Assembly: GCA_018220935.1 (NCBI GenBank)
Contig: JAAOXU010000030.1
Span: forward strand, 1 to 60,364
Length of the DNA stretch: 60,364 bases
Direction of reading: 5' to 3'
Origin: Candidatus Altiarchaeota archaeon
GTDB taxonomy: Archaea; SpSt-1190
A program made the position numbers and the translations under genes. The first letter of the stretch is position 1, and every line of letters begins with the position of its first letter. This document shows positions 28,601-38,158 of the stretch, piece after piece. The notes under the pieces were generated by a model that saw nothing but the letters and a program-made list of their open reading frames with translations, was not told the origin of the DNA and made no database searches.

Positions 28601-29596
28601 ATGATAAAAGTTGGAGTTATAGGCTATGGAACAATTGGACGACGCGTAGCAGACGCAGTTGACTTACAAAAAGACATGAAGTTAGTTGGAGTTACCAAAA
28701 ACTCTCCCGATTACGGTATAATCATTGCAAAACAAAAGGGACACAAACTTTTTTGTATGGATAAATCTAGATTTAGTGGTCATGAAACTGAAGGCACTAT
28801 TGAAAATTTAATTGATGACGCTGACATCTTAATTGATACTGCACCAAAAAAATTTGGGGCTGAAAATAAGGAGAAGTATTATGATAAGTCAAAAAAACCC
28901 GCAATCTATCAGGGGGCCGAAAAGTCAAGCATTGGAGTTTCTTTTAATGCACACACTAATTTTGAGATGGCAAATGGAAGAAACCATGTCAGAGTTGTGA
29001 GTTGTAATACAACAGGTCTTGCTAGGATACTAGGTCTTGTTAATGAACACTATGGTGTCGCGCACACTAAAGTTGCATTGATTAGACGTGCTGCGGATCC
29101 AAAAGAATACAAGAAAGGTCCAATAGATGCAATTGTACCAGACCCAATTGGCTTGTCTCACCATGCTCCAGACCTCAGAACAGTCTTAGATGTGCCAATT
29201 AATACTACGGCATACAAAGTTGGGAGCACCCTTATGCATGTTCATGATGTGCACATAAAGACTAAACAAACAATTGATGAGACTAAACTATTAAGTTCAA
29301 TAAATAAGGAGCCACGTTTGTTACTAGCCGACCCAGAACTAGGCTTCAAATCTACTGCTCAAGTTATGGATTTTGGACGTGATCTTAGGTCACGAGGTGA
29401 TATTTTTGAGAACGTGATTTTCAAAGGTTTCACTGTCGCTCCAAATGACATATACTTAACCCAAGCCATACACCAGGAGTCGATTGTAGTGCCCGATAAT
29501 ATAGACGCCATTCGGGCAATTTTTGGTGGAGATAAGCTGCACAGCATCAATGAAACCAATCGCACTCTTGGAATTGGGAGCTTTAGTATGAGTTAA
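28601..29596 (+). CDS. gap: Archaeal (type II) phosphorylating glyceraldehyde-3-phosphate dehydrogenase
   Basis: GYGTIGRRVADAV, VVSCNTTGL, HQESIVVP; GGTGA SD before ATG 28601. Confidence 0.96.
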   Translation: MIKVGVIGYGTIGRRVADAVDLQKDMKLVGVTKNSPDYGIIIAKQKGHKLFCMDKSRFSGHETEGTIENLIDDADILIDTAPKKFGAENKEKYYDKSKKPAIYQGAEKSSIGVSFNAHTNFEMANGRNHVRVVSCNTTGLARILGLVNEHYGVAHTKVALIRRAADPKEYKKGPIDAIVPDPIGLSHHAPDLRTVLDVPINTTAYKVGSTLMHVHDVHIKTKQTIDETKLLSSINKEPRLLLADPELGFKSTAQVMDFGRDLRSRGDIFENVIFKGFTVAPNDIYLTQAIHQESIVVPDNIDAIRAIFGGDKLHSINETNRTLGIGSFSMS

Positions 29597-29655
29597 TTTT
29601 TGGGGTTTAGAAAGGGACGGAGCCCCTTCTTGGAATCAGAAGCTTTAGTATGAGT

Positions 29656-30285
29656 TTAAGTTTTAACACCAACCTTGGGGCAAGTTGAACTTAAAGGACA
29701 AGCCCCACAAGTTGGTTTTATTGGTTTACATATGAATTTTCCAAAAGGTACTAAAACTCGATTAATTTCTCGCCAGTATTTTTGAGGTATCATATCACGC
29801 AACGTCATCTCAGTTTGAAGTGGAGTTTTAGTTGAGATTAATCCCCACCTATTTGGAATTCTATGAACGTGGGTATCAACACAGAGACCTGGTTTGTCAA
29901 AAGCTACTGCAACTACTAGGTTTGCTGTTTTTCTTCCCACACCAGGGAGTTTTACTAGTTCTTGAATTGTATCAGGTACGCCACCATACTCCAACACCAA
30001 GTTAGCAGTTTCTTTGAGGTGTTTGGCTTTAGTCCTAAAAAATCCAATTTTTTTAATTATTTTCTCAAGTTCAGGGGTCGGTAAATTTATCAAATCTTTA
30101 GGGCCTTTTATTTGACTAAAAAGGACCTCAGATACTTCTTCAGTAACTTCATCTTTAGTTCTAGCACTTAAAATTGTAGAAATTAAGACACGAAAGGGGT
30201 CTTTTAGCTCATGAACATACGCTTTCCCACCCAAGACCTTGTCGATTTTTTTAAGTATATTTCCCATGTTTTTTGCTAAAATCAC
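29656..30285 (-). CDS. nth: Endonuclease III
   Basis: HhH LPGVGRKTAN, VDTHV, and 4Fe-4S motif CKPIKPTCGACPLSSTC. Confidence 0.96.
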   Translation of the reverse strand: MILAKNMGNILKKIDKVLGGKAYVHELKDPFRVLISTILSARTKDEVTEEVSEVLFSQIKGPKDLINLPTPELEKIIKKIGFFRTKAKHLKETANLVLEYGGVPDTIQELVKLPGVGRKTANLVVAVAFDKPGLCVDTHVHRIPNRWGLISTKTPLQTEMTLRDMIPQKYWREINRVLVPFGKFICKPIKPTCGACPLSSTCPKVGVKT

Positions 30286-30336
30286 AAAAGGAAGGGAATT
30301 GAGAGTTATTATAAGTTTTTATTAAACTCTTTTTAT
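30286..30336. promoter_or_regulatory. Bidirectional promoter with central palindromic TTATAA (nth / radical SAM)
   Basis: TTATAA at 30309-30314, 22-23 nt from each divergent GTG. Confidence 0.65.
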
Positions 30337-31275
30337 GTGGAAGAAGGGGAATTTATTGATGAAGTTGTCCGCTTAGGTCTAAAATGTAATTTTAAATGTG
30401 AATTTTGTAACGTGACAGAGAAAAATGAAAGCCACCAGACAACTTCAGATATTGATTCAGTCAGAAAACGAATCAAAAATGCAACTTTGCGTGGTCATAA
30501 ATATATTTCACTCAGCGGTGGAGAACCAACACTCCAACCATATCTACCAAAGCTCATTAGGGAAATGAAAAACGATGGCATTCACGTAAGACTTCAGACC
30601 AACGCATCACTCATCACACCAAAACTCGCAAGTGAGCTAAAAGACGCAAAATTAGATGATGCCTTTATCAACTTTACATCTCACCTTCCAGAAAATTTTG
30701 AAAGGTTGACTGGAACTTCAAAACACATGTTCAAAAAGGTGGTAGGGGGAATTAAGGAATTAATAACTCACGACATAGAGGTTGTACTTAATATTGTAAT
30801 AACTGACGTCAATAAAAATGATTTAGTTGAATACATTCGATTTATTTCACGTGAATTTGGAAGAATACAAAGCGTAAATTTGTCAGTGATACAACCACAC
30901 GGACACGCACGTGTAAACAGTCATTTAGTTCCAAATTATCAAGACTTGATTGACCCAATAAGTGAATGTGTTAGTGTCGCAAGAAAATTAAAAATTAGAA
31001 TTGAAAACCCATATTGTGGACTCCCCCTTTGTATTACACATAAAATTTTAGATGATGTTGAAAATGGTGAATTAATGGGGGTTTTAAATGCTAGAAAGTT
31101 AAAAAAAGTTAGTGATCCATTAAGAAGGATTATGAAATCTAAAACTCGAACACCTTCATGTAGGGACTGTTATACTAGATCTTTGTGTTTAGGTGTTTGG
31201 AAAGAATATTATGTAATTAGGGGGGATGTTGTTGAACCAAGATATAGGTCACTTAGAGGATGGAGTTTCAGCTAA
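30337..31275 (+). CDS. Radical SAM protein with C-terminal Cys cluster (SPASM/twitch-like)
   Basis: CNFKCEFC, SGGEPT, QTNA; C-terminal PYCGLPLC and CRDCYTRSLCLG. Confidence 0.9.
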   Translation: MEEGEFIDEVVRLGLKCNFKCEFCNVTEKNESHQTTSDIDSVRKRIKNATLRGHKYISLSGGEPTLQPYLPKLIREMKNDGIHVRLQTNASLITPKLASELKDAKLDDAFINFTSHLPENFERLTGTSKHMFKKVVGGIKELITHDIEVVLNIVITDVNKNDLVEYIRFISREFGRIQSVNLSVIQPHGHARVNSHLVPNYQDLIDPISECVSVARKLKIRIENPYCGLPLCITHKILDDVENGELMGVLNARKLKKVSDPLRRIMKSKTRTPSCRDCYTRSLCLGVWKEYYVIRGDVVEPRYRSLRGWSFS

Positions 31276-31933
31276 AATAATTCGAGTTGGAAAGGGGTGT
31301 AATAACCACTGTATAACTTGTAATAGTTGTGGGAAGGATTTTGGTAACTTTAGTAACGCATTAAAAAAAATACAAAATAAGGGAAATTCTGAACAGGTAA
31401 TTTTTACAGGGAGTGAACCTGCAATTCAGCCTGGGTTTATTGAGGCTGTAAAAATGTCAAGTAATTTAGAATATAGATCAATTCAAGTCATAAGCAATGG
31501 ACGAATTTTTGCATCAGGTGATTTTACAAAAAAAGCATTAGAAGCAGGACTAAGTGAAATTTTAATTAAATTTCCCTCACATAAAAAAGATATATTCGAA
31601 AAAATAACTAGAGTTCCAGGCTCATATGAACAAACTATACAGGGGATAAAAAACCTAAAAAGACGTAGTAAAAAATTTAATTATTTATTTGAAGCCGTAG
31701 TAGTTTGTGGAATTTACATAACAGAAGATAACAACAATGAAATTCAAGAAACTGTTGGATTTTTAGAAAAACTTGATGTTGATGAAATATTTTTAATTAA
31801 TACAGGTGAACTTAAAAATATCGAAGTCCCAAAAACAAAAGTACCAATTTTTACACTAGGTTTCAAATCAACTAATAGATACGAAGATTATGTCAAGAAA
31901 GGTGTTTTAAGCCCAAAAACTACAGATTTTTAA
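31226..31933 (+). CDS. Short radical SAM protein
   Basis: CNNHCITC, TGSEP, SNGR, ITRVPGSYEQT; overlaps the upstream radical SAM gene. Confidence 0.82.
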   Translation: MLLNQDIGHLEDGVSAKIIRVGKGCNNHCITCNSCGKDFGNFSNALKKIQNKGNSEQVIFTGSEPAIQPGFIEAVKMSSNLEYRSIQVISNGRIFASGDFTKKALEAGLSEILIKFPSHKKDIFEKITRVPGSYEQTIQGIKNLKRRSKKFNYLFEAVVVCGIYITEDNNNEIQETVGFLEKLDVDEIFLINTGELKNIEVPKTKVPIFTLGFKSTNRYEDYVKKGVLSPKTTDF

Positions 31934-31959
31934 ACCAATAAATCCCAAAAACTTGTGCG

Positions 31960-32034
31960 GGGACCATAGTGTAGTTTGGCTAGCATGCTAGCTTTGGGAG
32001 CTAGTGGTCCGGGGTTCAAATCCCCGTGGTCCCA
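31960..32034 (+). tRNA. tRNA-Pro(TGG)
   Basis: Acceptor GGGACCA/TGGTCCC, anticodon arm CTAGC-TTTGGGA-GCTAG, GTTCAAA; TTTAAA box upstream. Confidence 0.96.
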
Positions 32035-32076
32035 CTCAAATTATAATCGTTTTACTCATATGTCGCATTAAAACTG

Positions 32077-32106
32077 TTTTTAATCGAACTTTTTTCAAAA
32101 AGTTCG
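32077..32106. repeat. Dispersed palindrome family, copy 4
   Basis: TTTTTAAT-CGAACTTTTT-TC-AAAAAGTTCG; compensatory stem changes relative to copy 2. Confidence 0.65.
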
Positions 32107-32109
32107 TAG

Positions 32110-32634
32110 TTAGAGTTTCTTGCACTCGTTTTCTGAACAGTAATCTAAAAGGTAATTAACGGAATTTTGGTTACCAAGTAAGAACCCATTAGGTAAATTA
32201 CAAAAGTCATATGGGAAACCATTCTCAAAACCACCTTGGTTAGTACAGAGTGTTTGCTCATAACTTTGACTAACAAAATATCCATCTAAAATTTGAGTCG
32301 CATCGGGATATCCTTCAATTGCAATAACTTTTGTTTCACTAATCCCAACTAAAATGGGAACTCCATATCTCCAAGTTATACCATCATTTTGTAAAAAGGT
32401 TTGAAGAAATTTTCCATTAGTTACTGCCTTTACGTTTACTGAAAGATTTAATGTTTTTAGATAATTTGCTAGTTCATGACAATGTGGACACGTTGGTGAA
32501 TACACAAAATAAATAGTACTACTTATGCTTGGATTCTTTTCAAAATCAAAAACACCATTTGAACCACCACTAATTGAAACTATCCATACTAAAACTAGTA
32601 GACCTAAACCAAATAACAGTGTTGATTTTTTCAT
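32110..32634 (-). CDS. Membrane-anchored extracytoplasmic thioredoxin-fold protein
   Basis: N-terminal TM, CPHC active site, GVP cis-Pro loop. Confidence 0.85.
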   Translation of the reverse strand: MKKSTLLFGLGLLVLVWIVSISGGSNGVFDFEKNPSISSTIYFVYSPTCPHCHELANYLKTLNLSVNVKAVTNGKFLQTFLQNDGITWRYGVPILVGISETKVIAIEGYPDATQILDGYFVSQSYEQTLCTNQGGFENGFPYDFCNLPNGFLLGNQNSVNYLLDYCSENECKKL

Positions 32635-32636
32635 GA

Positions 32637-33290
32637 CTAAACCATGAAAAGCACGGCGATTAAAAGGATTCCGGCAATCAGATGCAGTTCTTTTATGTAT
32701 TTGTTTTTTAGGTCCATTACACGCTTTGGGCTAGTTCCAAAAGCAGTCACAAAAGTTATTATAAACATAGGAGCCGTGAATAAAATATTATAGTAGATTA
32801 GGAGTGGAATTCGGTACACTAATTCATAATTAACTAAAATCGCTAAAGCGGCAATATATGGACCTGACGAACAAGGAAGTAATACAATTGACGCTAGTAC
32901 GGCCACAGGTATAACAGACCAGATACTATCAATTGACTGTGTTGCTTTTTTGAAAATTGGGCGTAAACTCATTGGCATTTCCATAGACGCAAAACCTGGT
33001 TTGTATGAAAAATATGCATTAATTTCAACTATAGCCATGATAACAATTAGTGCACGTAAAATGATACGCACTTGAGATTCTATACCAAAAGCATAGATCA
33101 CTTGAAGTACACCAAAACCATAGAGTGCGTACATTAGTAAAATTGTAAAGGTGAATAAAAGTCCAGCAAAGAAAACCTCACGCCTTTTTTTAGTTAGTAC
33201 TAATGATGATAAGAGTAGTGCTTGAATTGCAAGTGTACAAGGATTAATTGCATCAACTAAAGCAAGTGATGTGATTTGACCAAACACCAT
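32637..33290 (-). CDS. CcdA/DsbD-like transmembrane electron transfer protein
   Basis: About 6 TM helices with DAINPC and LPCSSGPY; adjacent to the thioredoxin gene. Confidence 0.85.
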   Translation of the reverse strand: MVFGQITSLALVDAINPCTLAIQALLLSSLVLTKKRREVFFAGLLFTFTILLMYALYGFGVLQVIYAFGIESQVRIILRALIVIMAIVEINAYFSYKPGFASMEMPMSLRPIFKKATQSIDSIWSVIPVAVLASIVLLPCSSGPYIAALAILVNYELVYRIPLLIYYNILFTAPMFIITFVTAFGTSPKRVMDLKNKYIKELHLIAGILLIAVLFMV

Positions 33291-33333
33291 TTAATTAATT
33301 TAGGTGTAAGTATATATTAACTAACCCTTAAAA

Positions 33334-34407
33334 CTAAAAGATTTGAATGATTAAAAATATCCAAGTAAGAATTGTAGTCGCCAGTAAAATGGTTGGGATT
33401 GGTTTTAATTTTCTTGCATTGTGCCCAGCTAGAGAAATTAAAAATCCGTAGATTGTCACACCGAGTCCAGCTGAAGCAATTAACATATGAAATGGAACTT
33501 GTAGTGATTGTGCTAGAAAGTAAAGTATGGCAGTACCAAAAACTACGATTCCAACTGATTTGTGTTTTTCTCCAAAGTCATTTACAAGGTGAACACCATA
33601 GACCATAAAAGACATATAAAAAATTAGAAGTGAAAATAGATCAATGGTTGACGCTAGTGGACCACCAAAGATACCTGAAAGATATGTAGTTGCAAGTCCA
33701 TTAACACCCGTACCAGAAACCGCAATTGCAAAGGGAAGATATAGCAAAAAGACAATTGAAATTGCCATATAAAATGCCTTTTTGGTAGTACTTTGACTCC
33801 GCATAATATTACGTATTCTAGGTATCATATTGTGACCATAAAAGGCAAACAAAGCCACTAAAAAAAGAGGAACTACTGAACCTAGGTTCATTAGAGGCGG
33901 TGTTGATGCATTTGCAAAATCAGTCATAGTTGAACCAGTCACAGCAAAAATATTCAAAGGTAGTTCCATTCTTGGAATAGTTAGTAAAGATAAAAGTGAA
34001 ACAAATGCCAACGTAAAAAATGATGCAAACATCGTAAAATTTGCAGGCAAGTGAAGTTCAAGGATTAGTGGAATTGCTAAAAGGGTTAGAATTGCTAAAT
34101 CTGAAATTCCAAGATGTGCTTTAATTGCAAAGGCGTATGAGGTTAGTGCTAAAAATATTATTGAGATCTCAATTAAGATTAAGACTATTACTCCCCATGG
34201 ACCAACATACCTTTCAACTTCCTCCTCAACAGTCCCAGGAAACATTTCAATTATAAGATACCCCAAGCCCAACATGTATAAAAATGCAAAAAAGATTACA
34301 AAAATAGACATTAACCCGACTCCTTTAGCTAAAACGGGTAGACCAAATACACCAGCACCAACTAATGCTGAGATAAGAAGTGAAACTGAAGTATCGAATC
34401 TATCCAC
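33334..34407 (-). CDS. Amino acid permease (aromatic amino acid/HAAAP-like, APC superfamily)
   Basis: VGAGVFGLP in TM1, FAFYGHNMIP, ~11 TM helices. Confidence 0.8.
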   Translation of the reverse strand: MDRFDTSVSLLISALVGAGVFGLPVLAKGVGLMSIFVIFFAFLYMLGLGYLIIEMFPGTVEEEVERYVGPWGVIVLILIEISIIFLALTSYAFAIKAHLGISDLAILTLLAIPLILELHLPANFTMFASFFTLAFVSLLSLLTIPRMELPLNIFAVTGSTMTDFANASTPPLMNLGSVVPLFLVALFAFYGHNMIPRIRNIMRSQSTTKKAFYMAISIVFLLYLPFAIAVSGTGVNGLATTYLSGIFGGPLASTIDLFSLLIFYMSFMVYGVHLVNDFGEKHKSVGIVVFGTAILYFLAQSLQVPFHMLIASAGLGVTIYGFLISLAGHNARKLKPIPTILLATTILTWIFLIIQIF

Positions 34408-34426
34408 AAAATTATTTACAGTCTGA

Positions 34427-35977
34427 CTATAAAATCCTTTCTTGAAGCTTTAGTTTATTTAAATCAAGTTCAAAAGCAGTCATAGGAACCCCTAATTTTT
34501 CACTAATTGATAAGTTTACTTCCCCATATACACCAACATCAGAGACGGCAGTTCTACCTTTCATGAAAAATTCATGTTCTCCGTTTTTCCACTCAACACT
34601 TTGTGAAATTGTCCCAATTAGTCTGTCTACTACGCCCTTTATTTCTGAAAAATTAGCTGTTTTGTGTACAATCATGCCAGAAATATTATGTCCTTCTTCT
34701 GGAGAAAATACGGGTCCAATTTCAAATACTTTTTGAGGATAATCTGCATCTTTGTTAAATTTTAATACATCAAAAATTCCAGGCAGTATACTTGGTCTTA
34801 GGGCTGAATATTCAAGGCTTTTAGAGTTAACTGCCGCTATTTTATGGCCTCCAGCCAGTTTTAGAATTTCAGGACTCGTGAGCATGAAAGTCTTTAATTC
34901 AAGAAAGCCCATACCAACCACAAGCTTTCTAAGTTCATTATCAAGTAAACTAGAAACTAAAGGTTCTCCCGGTGAGTAAGACGGAGAGAGTTCACCCTCA
35001 AATTTATTGTACCCATAAGCTATTGCAATTTCTTCTGCTATATCCATCTTGTTAAAAATGTCAAGTCGGTAAGGTGGAATTAAAACGTCACCATCATATC
35101 CTAGTCTCATTTTGGATAGTAAGATCATATATTCACTTTCATTGAGGTTTAATCCAACTATTTTGTTTATGTATTCTAAAGGTGCACTAACTCTTTTTGG
35201 TAAAAATGTTGGACCTGGAAAGATCACACCAATAACCCCACCCCTATCAGCAAGAGTCGATGCAATTATTGATACAATATTTTCAGTACCTTCAGCAGTA
35301 CCAGTCGAATCAATTAAAAAGTTTTTAGTATCTTTAGTTATTTTACAAAATTCTGCATTTAGGATTGGAACCATTGATAATATACGTGATTGTGAATCCA
35401 TAATAACAGGAGCGGTATCAGTTACAAGGTGTGCATACTTTTGCCCTTTTTCAGTTGATTCGAGTACTTCCTTACCCGTCATGTCTGACTCTTCTTCAAG
35501 AGGTCTAAACAGAATATCTTTTAGTTTAAGTTCTTTGTAGACAAAGGGTGGTTTAATTTTATCAAGATCATACACACCAATGCTAAATTTTCGTCGATTT
35601 CTACCAACTGTTGCGTGGAGTTTTTCTTGCATTTGCATTAAGGCTTTTAGTGATTCTTCATCTAGAGTTGCACCTTTTACAACTGAAAAACTCACATTAG
35701 GTCTTGAAGTACTTTTTACATCAACCTCAATATTGGTTGGTTCAGTTCGCCAGATTGGATACCCTGATTGAGATTCCATAAATCCATTTAATGCGCGTGC
35801 TAGACCCTCTGGGCTTAACATATCAACTCGATTTGGAAATACTTCAACTCGAAGTAAATCACCCTCAAATCCATCAACAGGAGTTCCCAACATATCAAGA
35901 TTTTCAATAACTTGTTCTAGTGAAGCTTTTGATTTTAGTAATTTCACTAGTTCTGAATATAGTATTTCAATTATCAT
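34427..35977 (-). CDS. pheT: Phenylalanine--tRNA ligase beta subunit
   Basis: NRVDMLSPEGLARAL, QEKLH, PPYRLDI, EEIAIAYGY. Confidence 0.96.
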   Translation of the reverse strand: MIIEILYSELVKLLKSKASLEQVIENLDMLGTPVDGFEGDLLRVEVFPNRVDMLSPEGLARALNGFMESQSGYPIWRTEPTNIEVDVKSTSRPNVSFSVVKGATLDEESLKALMQMQEKLHATVGRNRRKFSIGVYDLDKIKPPFVYKELKLKDILFRPLEEESDMTGKEVLESTEKGQKYAHLVTDTAPVIMDSQSRILSMVPILNAEFCKITKDTKNFLIDSTGTAEGTENIVSIIASTLADRGGVIGVIFPGPTFLPKRVSAPLEYINKIVGLNLNESEYMILLSKMRLGYDGDVLIPPYRLDIFNKMDIAEEIAIAYGYNKFEGELSPSYSPGEPLVSSLLDNELRKLVVGMGFLELKTFMLTSPEILKLAGGHKIAAVNSKSLEYSALRPSILPGIFDVLKFNKDADYPQKVFEIGPVFSPEEGHNISGMIVHKTANFSEIKGVVDRLIGTISQSVEWKNGEHEFFMKGRTAVSDVGVYGEVNLSISEKLGVPMTAFELDLNKLKLQERIL

Positions 35978-37344
35978 AATAGTGACCTCCTATTTCTTAA
36001 AGTTTTCAAATCACTTTTGTAAAGTTTTCTAAAGTCATTAATTTTGTAATTCATCATGGCAACACGCTCAAGACCAAGACCCCAAGCAAGTACAGGGACA
36101 TCTTCACCAAGTAAAGGTTCAACTAATTCAGGTCTAAATATTCCAGCACCCCCAAGTTCCATCCAACTATTTTTTGGACTAAACCAAACATCAACCTCAG
36201 CAGACATTTCAGTATAGGGGAAATATCCAGGCCTTATTCGGATTTTTGGAATTCCGAGTTTTTTGAAAAATTCTTTTAGATATCCAACCAAATTATTGAA
36301 GTTAGCATCCCTATCAACCACAATACCTTCAACTTGATAAAATTCTGCACCGTGTTTATAGTCAACAGTTTCATTCCTAAAATTTCTACCAATCTGAAAA
36401 ACTTTTGCAGGCGGTGTAACCTCAGTTAAGAGTTTAGCTGACCTAGCAGTAGTATGAGTTCTCAAAAGACGTCGTTTGGCTTCATTTTCATCCCAGCCAC
36501 CCCAAAACTTTTCATGAACTGTTTTCACTTTTTTTGAAACTTCAGGGAGTTTGTCTTCACCATCAAGATAAAACGTGTCTTGCATTTCTCTTGCTGGATG
36601 ATCTTGAGGAACAAAAAGTGCATCAAAATTCCAAAAGGCATTAGTGACGTGAGGTCCTTTGCTTTCAGTAAATCCCATCTCTAAAAATACTCGTCGGACT
36701 TTCTCAATAGTATCAGTTAAAGGATGAAACCTTCCAGCATAAATTTCTGGAACTTTTGTGTTTGGAGAAAATGTTTGAAACTCTAATTTTTTCCACTTAC
36801 CACCCATTAGATGATTTTGAGTCACTTGAGTTATTTTTTCTTCAACTGATGCTGTTTTTCCACTCGTTGTAATATTAAGAGTATAATCGACTTCTTTTTT
36901 CTTTACAATCCATTTTCTCTTAGTTAAAAGCTTAGTATCAGGGGCTTCAGGCAGTAAATCTTTTAATTTATCCAGTAGGGCTTCTTCTCGCGTTTGTGGT
37001 GGATCCTTTAGTATTGCTACCACTTTTCCTTTTTTCATTTCAGCCCAGCGTCGCTTTAGTGCCCAATTTAGAGCTATAGTATTAAGTTCTTCTGGTTTTT
37101 TTGGAAGTTCTAAAAGAAGATTTCTTTCAGGAAGGCCTGTTTTTTTCACTTCTTTACCTTCGTTAGTTAGTTTAAGCCCAAAAGTTTCCTCTTTTTCAAG
37201 TTCAACGAGACCTTTTTTACTCAAACTATATGCGAGTCGCGCAATAATATCTTTAGATAAATCTAACTTGACTGAAAGTTGAGACGCTTTAGCAGTTTTT
37301 ACTGTTTTTAGAAGCGTCATCAATTTTGCTTCGTTAGTATTCAC
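35974..37344 (-). CDS. pheS: Phenylalanine--tRNA ligase alpha subunit (archaeal type)
   Basis: HPAREMQDTF, FRNE, YFPYTE, AWGLGLER. GTG at 37344 preferred because the track start overlaps the divergent gene. Confidence 0.95.
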   Translation of the reverse strand: MNTNEAKLMTLLKTVKTAKASQLSVKLDLSKDIIARLAYSLSKKGLVELEKEETFGLKLTNEGKEVKKTGLPERNLLLELPKKPEELNTIALNWALKRRWAEMKKGKVVAILKDPPQTREEALLDKLKDLLPEAPDTKLLTKRKWIVKKKEVDYTLNITTSGKTASVEEKITQVTQNHLMGGKWKKLEFQTFSPNTKVPEIYAGRFHPLTDTIEKVRRVFLEMGFTESKGPHVTNAFWNFDALFVPQDHPAREMQDTFYLDGEDKLPEVSKKVKTVHEKFWGGWDENEAKRRLLRTHTTARSAKLLTEVTPPAKVFQIGRNFRNETVDYKHGAEFYQVEGIVVDRDANFNNLVGYLKEFFKKLGIPKIRIRPGYFPYTEMSAEVDVWFSPKNSWMELGGAGIFRPELVEPLLGEDVPVLAWGLGLERVAMMNYKINDFRKLYKSDLKTLRNRRSLL

Positions 37345-37390
37345 ACCAAAGAAAGTGTTAGCTCTATAAAAGTTTGATTGTACCCATTTT
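37345..37390. promoter_or_regulatory. Bidirectional promoter with one central TATA box (pheS / HTH gene)
   Basis: CTATAAAA at 37364-37371, 19 nt from each GTG. Confidence 0.6.
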
Positions 37391-38098
37391 GTGGACATAT
37401 CCAAGCTAAAAAAAGAGGGAAAAGTCGCAGAAGTAAAGGATGAAAAAATGCGCGCGTTTGATATAGCTTACGCTGGAGAACGTGCATATCTCATCAAAGT
37501 TGTTCATAATATTGAGTCAGTTAGTGGTGATTTTGCAGATACCATAAAAAAGTGTGCTTCAGTTGTTGGTGCTGAACCTTTAGTAATTAGTCACAGGGGT
37601 AAAGAGACTCTAAAAGAAAATGTAATTTATTCAAGACACGGTGTTCCTGTTATGCGAGAAGAAACTTTTATGTCGTTAGTTCATGGAGACCGAATTGGTG
37701 TTGCTGACCGAGGCGGAATTAAAATCCCAATTAAAGATCTCAGGCCTTTGATGAAAGAATTTGGAATGAGTCGCATAACCTTAGCAAAACTACTAGAAAC
37801 TAGTACTGAAATGGTTAGAAAGTATGAAGGGGGGAGTGCACCTGGAGAAGAAATCGCAAAACGATTAATTGAAATTTTTGGAACTAAGATTTTAAGTCCG
37901 CACCGTTTTGACTGTGTTGAACTAAAACGTGCCTTTATCGGAAAAGCACCAATTGATATGGCTATAAAGAAAAAGAAGACTTTGCTAATTAGTTTTGATT
38001 CAAGTAAACAAAGAATTGAGAATTTGAAAAACGTTTCTGAAGTTTTAGACGCAGAACCAGTAGTTGGTAAAAAATTAGAAGATATCGACCTTGATTGA
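37391..38098 (+). CDS. Archaeal XRE-type HTH transcriptional regulator (COG1395-like)
   Basis: FDI...LIKV, VIYSRHGVP, RGG, HTH MSRITLAKLLETSTEMVRKYE; directly upstream of the thermosome gene. Confidence 0.82.
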   Translation: MDISKLKKEGKVAEVKDEKMRAFDIAYAGERAYLIKVVHNIESVSGDFADTIKKCASVVGAEPLVISHRGKETLKENVIYSRHGVPVMREETFMSLVHGDRIGVADRGGIKIPIKDLRPLMKEFGMSRITLAKLLETSTEMVRKYEGGSAPGEEIAKRLIEIFGTKILSPHRFDCVELKRAFIGKAPIDMAIKKKKTLLISFDSSKQRIENLKNVSEVLDAEPVVGKKLEDIDLD

Positions 38099-38158
38099 AA
38101 GGCTTTTTAAACAACCGCTTACCAACATTTTGATACTGGTAATAACAGGTGAATAAAA

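Noticed and set aside
37345-37404. N-terminal extension of PheS given by the ORF track
   Set aside because: It overlaps the divergent HTH gene and spans the shared TATA box; GTG 37344 fits better.
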